DNA of 64,000 nt from Octopus vulgaris (lineage: Eukaryota). Below the pieces are notes generated by a model, which worked only from the letters and a program-made list of their open reading frames with translations, was not told the DNA's origin and made no database searches. Each line of letters opens with the position of its first letter. The first letter of the stretch is position 1. Both the position numbers and the translations under genes were made by a program. Positions 1-11,325 of this stretch are shown piece by piece. The stretch covers positions 81,096,001-81,160,000 of the forward strand of contig OX597814.1 in NCBI GenBank assembly GCA_951406725.2. The letters are read 5' to 3'.

Positions 1-558
1 AGAATATTCAGAGGAAATATGTGAAGATGTAAAACTGCTTATCTCTCTTAATACTTTCACATTCTCACGTATCTGTGCAATAAACTGGCTTCTGATGAAT
101 ATACTTGTTATAAATAGCTTTACTCATTGAGACTGTAGAAGGGGGTTTCCTTGTTGTTGGTATTTTTATTTGCATAGGTGTTATGTGATGTGTGTGTGTG
201 TTTAACTTTTTTCTGTGTCTCTTATGTATTATTTATTAACCATCTCATAAATTTCCATATATTCTTAAATGCAAACTTAGACACACACACACACATACAC
301 ACACACGCACACACTCACACACTCACACACATGCATATATGTAAACATACTATGGGTGTATGTATATGTTTATGCATGCATGGATGTATGTACCTACTCA
401 CATGTATTAATGCTAGATATCCTATAAGCTTGCCAGGTTTTCAAATATATGACTTATTTTAATGTTAACTTATGGGACATTGTTTGTGTGTGTGTGTATG
501 CAAGTGTATGTCCTGTATGTATGTATTTACACACACACATACACACACACACACACAC

Positions 559-604
<46 letters not shown>

Positions 605-1149
605 TGAGACACACAGAAAACTTAGATTTTTATGTCAGCATTGTGCTGAAGATCAAACATGTATGATGTTGCAAACTCTCTACACTCAATTCTCATTTCT
701 TTCATATTCACTTTCTTCACACTTTCTCTCTCTCTACCTCTCTTTCCACTTGTCTTTACTAAATCAATTGTTCATCTTTGTACATACTTATATGTAAAAA
801 TACACATGACTTGTACATCGGTAGACACATGTCAAGTGCTTCTACATACCACTTGCAATATCAATGACTCTGTAAGTGGCACCTCTAGAGTTAAAACTAC
901 CACATAAACTTCATTTCTATTTTTTCTGCCTCTGTCTCTGCATATTATACTGCACTCATAAAGCTCCCACCAAACATTCCTTCTCTGTTCTGCATCCATC
1001 CCCATAGCAAATACATATTTACCATTACCATTAAATAATGGGCTCTAAGTCACATACTATCCTTGCTAAATTCTTAAATCTCTCTCTCTCTCTCTCTCTT
1101 TCTGCAGAGTTCTCTCCCAATCTCTGTAAGCATACCAGAACAATGTGCT

Positions 1150-1860
1150 TCATTTCCAAAGGAAGCAACTTCTCTTTCTCTCTTATCAACTAATTGCCTT
1201 CACTTCTAACATCTCAAAGGTTAGAGAAACAACCACATCCTTTATCATCATGGGCATGTCTCTTTTTAACCTCTTACTGATCACTAGTATGGTTTCTATA
1301 GAACCAGCTCTGCTTGTGGCTTGCTCTCATAGCTTCTTATCCTTGATGATATTTGTGAAACCAATGTTTTTACTCTTTATATATGCAGGCCTTTGACCAC
1401 ATCTAGCATAGGTAGCTCATGCCTATGCTATGCTACCCTACTTGTGGGTTAGATTTTAGTTCTCTTGAATTAGAGATTTCCTGTCAAACCACCGTATTCT
1501 ATCAAGTGATAATGGGACTGCCTTCAACCAGCATTCTGTAAATTCTAGTGAATTCCAAGGATTTGTTATGTATGTCTCACAAATCTCACTGTACATTAAT
1601 GACCTACCAGCTTTCATAGCTTACTTTACACACACAGACTCCTAAGCAAGTGAGAGAACAGAATTCTTCATTCAACTTTAACTCTGCACACATCATTCAC
1701 AACACTAAGACATACCACACCCAAACATACAGTGCTTCCATGAACAGAGACCTTGAAAATATTCTCTCTACTGGAGACGTGATAACCTACTTTCCATCAA
1801 CTTTATCAGTACACAATCAACTCACTGCTACAACTAACTCTCAGATGTACTCTGATTCCT
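1150..1860 (+). mobile_element. Degraded non-LTR retrotransposon RT fragment (CR1/L2/jockey-group-like)
   Basis: Broken frames give LLTDH*YGF, AFDHI*H, IRDFLSNHR, VNSSEFQGFV and LYINDLP, which resemble RT motifs Q(Y/H)GF, KAFD, GVPQGSVL and LYINDL. Many stops and frameshifts. Confidence 0.7.
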
Positions 1861-1864
1861 TTTC

Positions 1865-2005
1865 TATGTGGCTGTGTAGTAAGAAGCTTGCTTCCCAATC
1901 ACATGGTTCTGGTTCAGTCTTCTACTATAGCCTTGGGCTGACCAAAACCTTATGAATGGATTTGGTAGACAGAAATTGAAAGAAGCCCATTTATATATAT
2001 ATATA
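1865..2005 (+). mobile_element. tRNA-derived SINE, head region (major family in the window)
   Basis: tggctgtgtagtaagaagcttgcttcccaatcacatggttc...tctactatagcc...ggatttggtagacagaaattgaaagaagccc. The same sequence recurs more than 10 times (e.g. 3050, 11370, 14910, 32373, 36383, 37690, 60605). Confidence 0.8.
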
Positions 2006-5000
2006 TGGTAAGAAGTGGGACTACACTGTGTTGGCAAAGACTTGCTCAATCCATACAAACAACCATAGAAAACAAACAGAAGACGATAACAATGGTGATG
2101 ATACTTCTTTGATATCTAACTACATGCAGATACAAATATATGATAGATTTTTGGCCTACAATTATTAGGCTTGTAGTTACATGCATTGTCTGAAAATTAT
2201 CTACAGATAGACACACACACATAAACACATTGTATAAATGTCATATTTTGCTATCAAAGAATCCAAGAGGAAAACCCCACTTAAATATTATTATAACAGT
2301 AATAGAATCTTGTAGTAGCAAATATAGTGAACTGCCAAAAAATGCAGCTTGTTTACTGTAAACAACTGTACAACTGTTTTGTTGATAAGTTTAGCTCACA
2401 TAGAAACATTCTTGCTATCTTTTCAACTTTCATTCGTACAGTTCCTTTTTATATCATATCTGTTTGTGTATGGGAAGTGGTAGAGGCAATGTGTATGTAA
2501 GGAGGTGTAGAGGCATATATTTTTTGTATCTTATTCTTTTGTTGTTTTGTTTTTGTTTTTTTTTAAATTTTTATTTTATTATCTACTTCTCATGTTAATA
2601 TTGTCAGTATTCAATGAAAACGTCTTAGAGATAAGCAGCATTGAGATAAAATATAGTAAAAGGAATATACATACATCAGTGTATGCATATACATACGTGT
2701 ATATGTCTATGTATGTGCATGTATATACATATATGTATCTATACACACACACACATGCATATTTGTGTGTGTATGTGTATCTTTAAAAGATACAATGCAA
2801 ACACATGGGAGAACACAGAGTCCACAATACTGAAAACACAGAGTACACAATACTGAGCTGTTTAGTGTATTTATCAGAAACTTCTGGAAGCTTCAAATGT
2901 CATTACTCCAGGTTTCTCATTTCTAATATTCAATCAGCTGTGGAAGCCCTCAGGTAACTGTGGTTGTGGTATCAATAACTGTCCACAGATCAAAATTGAG
3001 ATACTCAGAGTAACAATTTGTGAAGTTTTCCATTTCCAGTGGCTATAGGCATAGGCATAGCTGTGTGGTTAAGAGGTTTGCTTCCCAACTACATGGTTCT
3101 AGGTTCATTCCTATTGTCTTCTACTAAGGTTCTTTACTGACCAGTTTTGTGAATGGATTTCATAGATGGAAACTGAAAAAAGCTGATCAACAATACCTGT
3201 GTGTGTGAGTTAGCATCTCCTTATCTTGACATCGCATGCTAGTTGTAAATGAGTGTCACTGTCCTACAAACAGTATTATTTGTTTCAAATCTTTGATGCA
3301 AATATATTTAGCCATCAAGAAATATTAGCTTAATTGGAAACAGGTGAGGTTGACGATGGAAAGGACATCCAGTTGTAGAAAATCTGCCTCAATAAATTCT
3401 ATCTGATACATGGGCGTAAAAATGATGATGATGATATATATCTGTACAGTTACCATCATTGTTTTAATGTTCAGTTTTCTATGCTTGCACGGACAGAATT
3501 CATTGGGGTAAATTTTCTACAGCCTGATACCTATCTTCATCTCATTCCAGTCCTCGCCTGTTTCCAAATAAGCTTCTATTTCCCTGTAGCCAAACACATT
3601 TCCATGGAAGGTTGGAAACAAAAGACACTTTTTAAAGTGAGGGTGACACTTATATACAACTATTGCTCTAGTACACAAACACCTGATAGACGAAATTGGT
3701 TTCAGAAAATAAGCAACATTACTAAATACTGCGAGATATTTTCTCCAACTCTCGTTTTTTCCCATTCACTGCCTTTAGTGAGTTTGTAGATATTAAAAAA
3801 ATATTTTCATCTCTCAGTATGAGTTTGATAGTCAGACAAATTACAATCTTATTGACTACAGCTCATTTCAGATATTTAGATATTCGCTACATATATTGAA
3901 CTTCCAGTATTCACTTGTATTCTATTTTTGTAAATTTATATGTAATGTTTTGTTTAGAATCATGTAAAGTAAGAACATTTTTTTTTCTATTCAGGCAGTT
4001 CAGATGGTGTTGCTGGGCTATTCAATTTACTTTTGGCTTGCCATTTACCATATTATTTATATTTTACATGTTTTTTTTGTTTTCTGTTTATTTTGTCTGT
4101 GTTGGCTTTGTTATAGAGACGAAATAGCCAAATAGATGAAGCATTGTATTATTTCATCTGATTTGTGCTAAATATCTACTGTATGTAAGTTTGTGACACA
4201 TAAAGAAACATATACATATCTATTCATTAAGTGTGTCTGTCTGTCTCAATATTTCTCATTATATATGTATGTATCACATGTCTGTATGTATGCATGCATG
4301 CGTGTATGTATGTACATCAGTCTCTCTCACTTTTTATACACATGCCTTAGTCCTTTAACCCCTTGATGAAGTCAGAGGGGCATGGTATAGCTTATAGTAT
4401 GTACTGGAGATTTTTAAGACCTGGATAACCCATCTCCCTCCAGAACTCACTGCAGTCAATTTTTTCCAGTAGGAGTGATTAGGACTAACAGAAGGAAAGA
4501 ATGGGTGAGAGAGAGAAGACTTGGTCCCTGTGCAGGACTGGTGCTTTCTATATTAACCTCAAAATGAAGAACAACTCAGCTGACCTGGCAAGATTTGAAT
4601 TCAGGATGCAGAGAGCTAGAACGATAACCACAAAGCAACCTATTTAATGCCAACTGACTGCAACATGTGTGTGTGTATACATATACACACAAACACATAC
4701 GTGTGTATGCATATATGTATGTTTGTATACATTAAGGTGGCACTCAATCAGTTTTGATAAGTGTTCCACATGATCAACAGAAAAGCCTGTTCCACAGACT
4801 TGTCTACCTTTAATGTGGTTCTCAGGGAGATTCAGCATGAAACAGAATATGACAAAATTGGCCCAATGAATTACAGGTACAACTCATTTTTACCAGCTGA
4901 GTGGACTGGAGCATTATGGACACAGGGACACAATGTGCCACCTGGAATTGAACTCATGACCTTATGATCTTGAGCTGAATACCTAAACACTAAACCACAC

Positions 5001-5593
5001 ACCTTCACCATGTGTGTGTGTGTGTGTGTGTGTGTATGGATTATTGTGCCATTGATTAATGTCTAGATTAAAACCATTCATAATTTTAAAGAACTTTTAT
5101 TATGGTTATGTTCCAAACACCAACTTAATAAAGGTAGAGTTAGGTTTGTTAATAAATTCCACAAAATCTTTTATTTTCAAAATGAATTGAATGCACATTG
5201 AAAGTGTATTTCAATAAGAATAAAATATGATCACAATATGGTTGATAGGGCCGCTTACTCTTTGGAACTTACCTCTGGCCAGCCACTTAACAACATTTAT
5301 TGCTTTAAGAACTTAAATAAAGGTTACTGGTTCAATTTAAAGAAATAGAAGAGGGTAAAAGTGGATGAATATGGGTGAATGATCTTTTGGCAGCATACAT
5401 ATTGTGAAGTAACTCAAAACCTATGTTTGATGCCAAAGGCTGGCACCCACTACAAAGCTTACAATCAGTTTAAGGTTTGCATTCCTGCTTACAGAGATCC
5501 CAAATAAAATTTGTTAATTACTTTATTAATATATTTTGGCTGTGTTTCCTGGCAAATAATATGGCTTCATTCAATTTACTCAATAATGTGGAG

Positions 5594-5705
<112 letters not shown>

Positions 5706-6623
5706 GCCTGCCTGCCTCTTTATCTATCTGTCTATCCATGTGTGTGTGTGTGTATGCTCATATACATGTGTATATATTTGTACGTGTTTGTGAATGAAAG
5801 AGAGAAGAGTAAGTAGCTGTAACTGTTTTTATGAAAGTGTATTTATATACATTTTCAAGATATGTATTGTGATTGTGGCTTATATTTGAATCTATTTATA
5901 CATGTATATGTATTAATGTCTGTGCTATGCATATGCACACAAGCAAATAGACACGAAGGAACTCACACAGAGTACATGCATGCATGCTTGCTGTATACAT
6001 GCACACATATACACACACTCATACACACATACACACATGTGCACATAAAGATTGGCAGTTTTTCAAAATTATTTCAGTGCTGGGGAAGTGTTTTATTGAG
6101 AATGATTGTAATCTTAACCTTGCAAAATTGACTTCCACTTAACGTGAACTCTTTTCATCATGTTCTGTGAGACCTGCTCAACAATTTGAAATTGAGATCA
6201 TCACACCTGTCCAATGTGGTTAACTATCTTCCATCATTTCAGTAAAGGAGTGTAAATATTTGAGTTTCTAATATGTGTGACTGACATATAGAGCTCACAG
6301 GGTCATATTGTTATTTCTGTTTTTACTGTTGATGGAGGTGTTTTTGAGATTGTCACTTTATTTTAAGATCAGTTTAAGTACTTGATGGTGTCTCTCATAA
6401 ATATTAAACTACTTACTATTTCTAATTATTATAACTTTGGACGTTACACATCCAACAAAGAATGCTTACTCCAGTTCTTTCTGCCCTTCACAAACTCTCT
6501 GCATTCAGAGCCCATGTCTTGCTACTATGCAAAAATGTATTTCATACACAATCCTCACACAGCCTTCATTTTACTCTGACCAAGAAGTTCTTTGTTACCA
6601 GAAATGCTAACCGTGCCCCTTAA

Positions 6624-7048
6624 CCCTTTAGCATTCACATTCTGTCAAATGTAGTACTTATTTAATCATATTGTTATGAACTCATCATCATCATTATCTA
6701 ACATCTATTTTCCATGTTGGCATGGCTTGGACAGTTTTCCTGAAAACTGGTAAGCTGGGGAGCTGCACTAGGTTCCAATCTTATTTGGCATGGTTTCTAT
6801 GGCTGGATACCCTTCCTATTGCCAACCACGCCAAGAGTGTAGTGGGTGCTTTTTACTTGCCACCGGCATGGGTGCCAATTATATAACACTATGCATTATC
6901 TCCTAGTTTCAAGATGTCAATGATACACTTGCTTTTTGTTTTTTTAGAATGGCATTTAGGGTAGGTATGAGAGGCTGAATCTGGCCAATTTGAAGATAAA
7001 ACAAAAACCATATTTGCACTGGATATGACCAGTTTGAATGCCAAAGGG
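6624..7048 (+). mobile_element. piggyBac-like MITE (TTAA target duplication, CCCTTT...AAAGGG termini) carrying an internal RTE-tail insertion
   Basis: ttaa|ccctttagcattc ... gaatgccaaaggg|ttaa. Related copies at ~21570-21780, 33274-33477, 57284-57507 and 61561-61780. Confidence 0.75.
6683..6880 (-). mobile_element. RTE 3'-tail element (SINE or truncated LINE)
   Basis: catcatcatc...ttccatgttggcatgg...ggctggatacccttcct...accac; reverse complement of the RTE 3' end seen at 55900-56074. Confidence 0.8.
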
Positions 7049-7449
7049 TTAAACTTCTTCCAAGCCATTCTTATCAAGGCTATTGTGCTTTTAGAGGCCC
7101 CATCTCTGCTGCTTATCAAGTAATCAAGTAGCAGAAGTTATCAATTACTTCTAGAGAACCATCAAAACATTTGAGAGAATTTGTTCTAAGTGTGCTCTTA
7201 GTGTCTACTGGTATGAAGAAGATAACATTTACTAAATCTACCTTCTTCAGTAGCCTTCCTCTGATTCCACTGCACATTTTGTGTGGGCATCCTTTAATCT
7301 GAGTACATTGAATGCAATGCAACTTTTTATGTATTCTTTTTCTGTATGCCAACCATCACCATTTCCCTGTTAGTACTAGTGTCTTGTCATTTTACTACAT
7401 ACTAGTGCATTAGTCTTCACAAAGTTCATGTGGGTGTGGGTGTATATAA

Positions 7450-7501
<52 letters not shown>

Positions 7502-7509
7502 CTTGGCCA

Positions 7510-7575
7510 ATAGAGTCTGATGAGTTGTCTATGAAGTTAAGCACTTTATGGATGCAAAACTATTGGTCACTCTGT
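7510..7575 (+). ncRNA. Type I hammerhead ribozyme motif (GAAA mutated to AAAA)
   Basis: Stem I agagt/actct; core CTGATGA at 7517-7523; long stem II closed by G-C; AAAA in place of GAAA; stem III ctattgg; TC cleavage site at 7567-7568. Confidence 0.7.
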
Positions 7576-7594
7576 GACAGGACATATTTTAATT

Positions 7595-8133
7595 CATGTA
7601 CCATTTGTAGATAATATGACACACACACACACTCACACACGTTATTTTTTACAGAAGTGACTTGAGGGTGGAGAGTTTCATGCATAGTAGGAACTCGCAT
7701 TTGTAACTTTCTGCTGATTAAAATTAAAAACGTATATATATATTTATATGCACACATATGTTTTGAGTTTTATTTCTTCCATTTGTTATACCAAACCTAT
7801 ATATATATAAATACAGTGTACATTTAAACATCAATCATAGGACTCCTTGCACACTAGAAAGAACAGTTACATTCCAAACCACTATTAGGGATAAAACTTC
7901 GAAGGGAATGAAAAATAAAATCATTTACCATCTAACTCCAGGACCATGGTTTCAGACTTATTTTAGCAAATAAAATAATTTGCTAGGCGAAGTCTTCTTC
8001 AGCAGGTACACCCTATATGATGGATACCTCTTAAATGTACACTGTATTTATATGAATAATATATAGTCTATTGACTAAATTTTTACACATTAGGCCACTG
8101 GTAGTAGAAATTTCTAATATTTCTTATTACCCT

Positions 8134-8170
<37 letters not shown>

Positions 8171-8376
8171 TTTGGTACAACAAATGGAAGAAATAAAACT
8201 CAAAATGTGAGTGTGTGCATATATAATATATATATATGTTTTTAATTTTAATCAGCAGAAAGTTACAAATGCGAGTTCCTACTATGCATGAAACTCTCCA
8301 CCCTCAAGTCACTTTTATAAAAATAACGTGTGTGTGTGTACATGCACACAGTCATATTGTCTAGAAATGGTACATG
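7595..8376. repeat. Long inverted duplication (7595-7827 versus 8031-8053 plus ~8160-8376)
   Basis: For example gtgacttgagggtggagagtttcatgcatagtaggaactcgcatttgtaactttctgctgattaaaattaaaaac has its exact reverse complement at ~8238-8312. Confidence 0.9.
7938..8006 (-). ncRNA. Type I hammerhead ribozyme motif, near intact
   Basis: Minus strand: cctg-CTGAAGA-agactt[cgcc tagcaaat tatttt atttgcta aaat]aagtct-GAAA-ccatgg-TC-ctgg. All core nucleotides are present, stem III is palindromic, and stem I has one mismatch. Confidence 0.75.
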
Positions 8377-9208
8377 CAACATAGTCTGATATCCTATCCA
8401 GACATAGATGTATCTCACTTTTGTTTAACAACATAAAACTCAATCTAAGAAACAACCCTGGAAGGACCCTATCACCACTACCTAAAATAGAAATGTAGAG
8501 TTTTTGTTAATGCTGAATGGAACAAAGGATTTCTCTTTCCCAACAAAAGACAATGCATGAAGGAAGTCTCAAGAGTGAGTTACTACATCGTAGACAATGA
8601 GACATGGCTATTAAAGACATAATTTCTTTATTACATTTGGCATTGTGTTATGATAGAACTTTTGCCAGAGATTATTGCTTAATATAACCAATTCCTTTTG
8701 CTAGACAGTGAGAGAGAAAGAAAGAGAGACAGAGAGAGAGAACAAAGAGTGAAAAGAGGGGTGAGAAAAAGAAATCTATTGAAAAGCAATAGAATAAGAA
8801 CAATTTGAAGAGACTCGATTTTCATCGATATCTTAACGAGACATGAACCACTTATCTCTGCTAATTCTTGAAATTATTCATCAATATCAGCACTGACTGA
8901 AACAATATCCTCCAAAGAAATGCTGCTTCTTTTTTTTATATATTCCATTATTTTTTTCTTTATTGGGCACATACACAATTGCACATGATAACGTATAAAT
9001 ATATACACACAAGCAAATAATATCCACACAAACAGGCATACACTCTTACACATAGATATGCATAAGCAATCACTTCCACACATTTTTGGATATACACTTG
9101 CTCATATTTACTCACAGATGTGCACACAACCCATACACACATGCAGACAATTCTATGCACAGATACATGAATAGTTCTTTGTATCTGTCTATCTATTAGT
9201 ATATCTGT

Positions 9209-9283
<75 letters not shown>

Positions 9284-10149
9284 AACAGAGAGGACATGTC
9301 CAGTCTATCCAAGCCTGGAAAATATATAATAATAATGGCAGTGCTGAGGGTGTACATATGCATATGTATATTTAATATGTGTGTGTGTGTGTGTGTGTGC
9401 CTGCAGGTTTGATATACACATTTGTGTTGTGTGTACATATCACTATCATCATTGGTTTTTCTTTTCATCCACAATTACCATGCTGAGACAGATTGGATAA
9501 TACACTCCAAATCACTATTTCACAGCTAGATACTCTTCATGTCGACACCCCTTACTCGTTTTCCAAGTAAGGTATATTTATTCCGCTGGATTTCACACTA
9601 ACTAACCCATTGAACTACAGAATATAGTGCTTACAAGAGATATAAACAGTCTCACTGCTTTTACCCCAATGGAGTATGATGTGATGATATACAGAAGCAG
9701 TCACACATATATACACAGATGCTCACACATATGCATCCATATATACTAGCACACATACAGCAGATGTACATAGTTTCCATCTACTCAGTTTTTCTCACAC
9801 TAGTTGACCTAAATTAGCCTAATGCTATAGAAGAAGAAACTTGTACAAGGTACCGACTAGTGGTATGGAATCCAAAATTACATGGTTGTGAGGCAAACCT
9901 CACAGCCATGACTGTACCACCTTATCATCATCATATAGTGTCCGCTTCTCATGTTGGCATAAGTTAAACAGTTTGAGTGGAAATGTTAAGCTGAAGAGCT
10001 GCACCAGGTTCCACCCTGATTTGGCATGGTTTCTACAGATGGATGCCCTTCCTAACACCAACCACTCTAAGAGTGTAATGGTTTCTTTATACGTGCCAGT
10101 TACATGACACCAGCATTGGCCATGACTATGGTGTATGTGTGTGTTCAGG

Positions 10150-10785
10150 TGTAGGATTCATTATGGTGAGTTTAGTTTCTATGGTGATCTTAAGGCCAAG
10201 ATTGTTGAGGCTGTGTATGATGTCTTTTCTAAGCCTATCTAAAATATGGCTGTTAACGCCTCTGGAGATGGCTAAGGCATCATCTCTATATAAGCCGAAG
10301 TGGACAGAGGGGAATTAATTACCCAGGTTATCCAGAATGTAAAACCCAATAAGGTCACAGATATCAGCGCTGTCATATGCCCTCATTGTGACATCGAATA
10401 AGCCTTTGGGGTCAGTTTCTTTGACTCAGGTTGAATACTGGTTGAATAGTTTTCCTAGCATTTCTCTATCATTTATGTCAGTAATTCGTCTAGCATATAC
10501 TAATGCCCTATCAAGTAGCATTTTCAATACCAATGGATAAAAGTCTACTGTATCGAATTGTATGAACTTAGCTTTAAAAGTGTTTTGCTTGGTCTCAAAC
10601 CAATGTAACACCTTGATTATGTTAAGCCAGAAATAGAAATTAGATACCTTCCTTATATCTTATTTAACCCTTCTTAGGATGTGTTTACTCACCTGTCCAA
10701 TTTCGGACTTGGCAAAGTTAATCAGGCAGCATTTAGGATTGGAAGTGAAGTTTGGTTTATGATCCTTTATAGTTATAAAGGCATG
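10150..10785 (-). mobile_element. Penelope-like element reverse transcriptase relic
   Basis: Minus strand gives [77 protein letters not shown] and LGLKITIETKL. These are characteristic PLE RT motifs, with stops and a frameshift. Confidence 0.9.
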
Positions 10786-10940
10786 ATACTGCATAGACCC
10801 TAAGTAAGGCATGTGTAAAATTTGAATGGAATCCATCTGGTAGTTCTTGAGTTTGCGTGATGCACACACACAGACAGAGACACACACACAGACAGACACA
10901 TACACACACACACACACATTCTCAGTTTTATATTTATAGA
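10786..10940 (-). mobile_element. Helitron-like non-autonomous element, 5' part
   Basis: Minus strand starts a|tctataaatataaaactgagaatgtgtgtg..., a TC start followed by TA-rich and microsatellite sequence. It resembles the 5' end of the element at 56780-57145. No 3' end found. Confidence 0.5.
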
Positions 10941-11029
10941 TAAATACACATAGACAGATGCATGTATGTAAAGGTACCCAATCCAATATATACTGTACAT
11001 CCAACCCAGGGATAGTTCCAAGTGAAGAT

Positions 11030-11325
11030 TATGTATAAAAGATGAATACAAGTAAGGTTCAAAATTCACAACAACTGTTTCAGCATTGTTTTATTGATGC
11101 ATTCTTAGATTACATCATGGCGAAAAAAATCTGTCATCATCAGGTAAATTTTAAACAAACAAACAGGTAAAGTAGAAATAGTTGACTTGCTCACCAACTA
11201 TATGGAACATGTTTAAAATTTACTTGATGATGTCAGATTTTTTACCATGATGTAATGCATCAATAAAATGTTGTCAAGACAACTGTTGTGCATTTTGAAC
11301 CTCACTTGTGTTCTTCTTTTACATA
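11030..11325. mobile_element. Fold-back (long-TIR) MITE
   Basis: Imperfect inverted arms 11030-11157 and 11210-11325 with TA-rich ends. Confidence 0.7.

Larger units (their letters stand above)
6430..7350 (-). mobile_element. RTE-clade LINE fragment interrupted by a MITE
   Basis: Minus strand gives HCIQCTQ..HKMCSGIRGRL, LEVIDNFCYL and IRMAWKKF. After the inserted element it continues LAFLVTK..HSSKTWAL..WMCNV, the typical RTE post-RT region. Confidence 0.8.

Noticed and set aside
4117-4184. Exon-like segment with a good acceptor and gtaagt donor
   Set aside because: All three frames contain stops. It could be a UTR exon, but sequence alone cannot support that.
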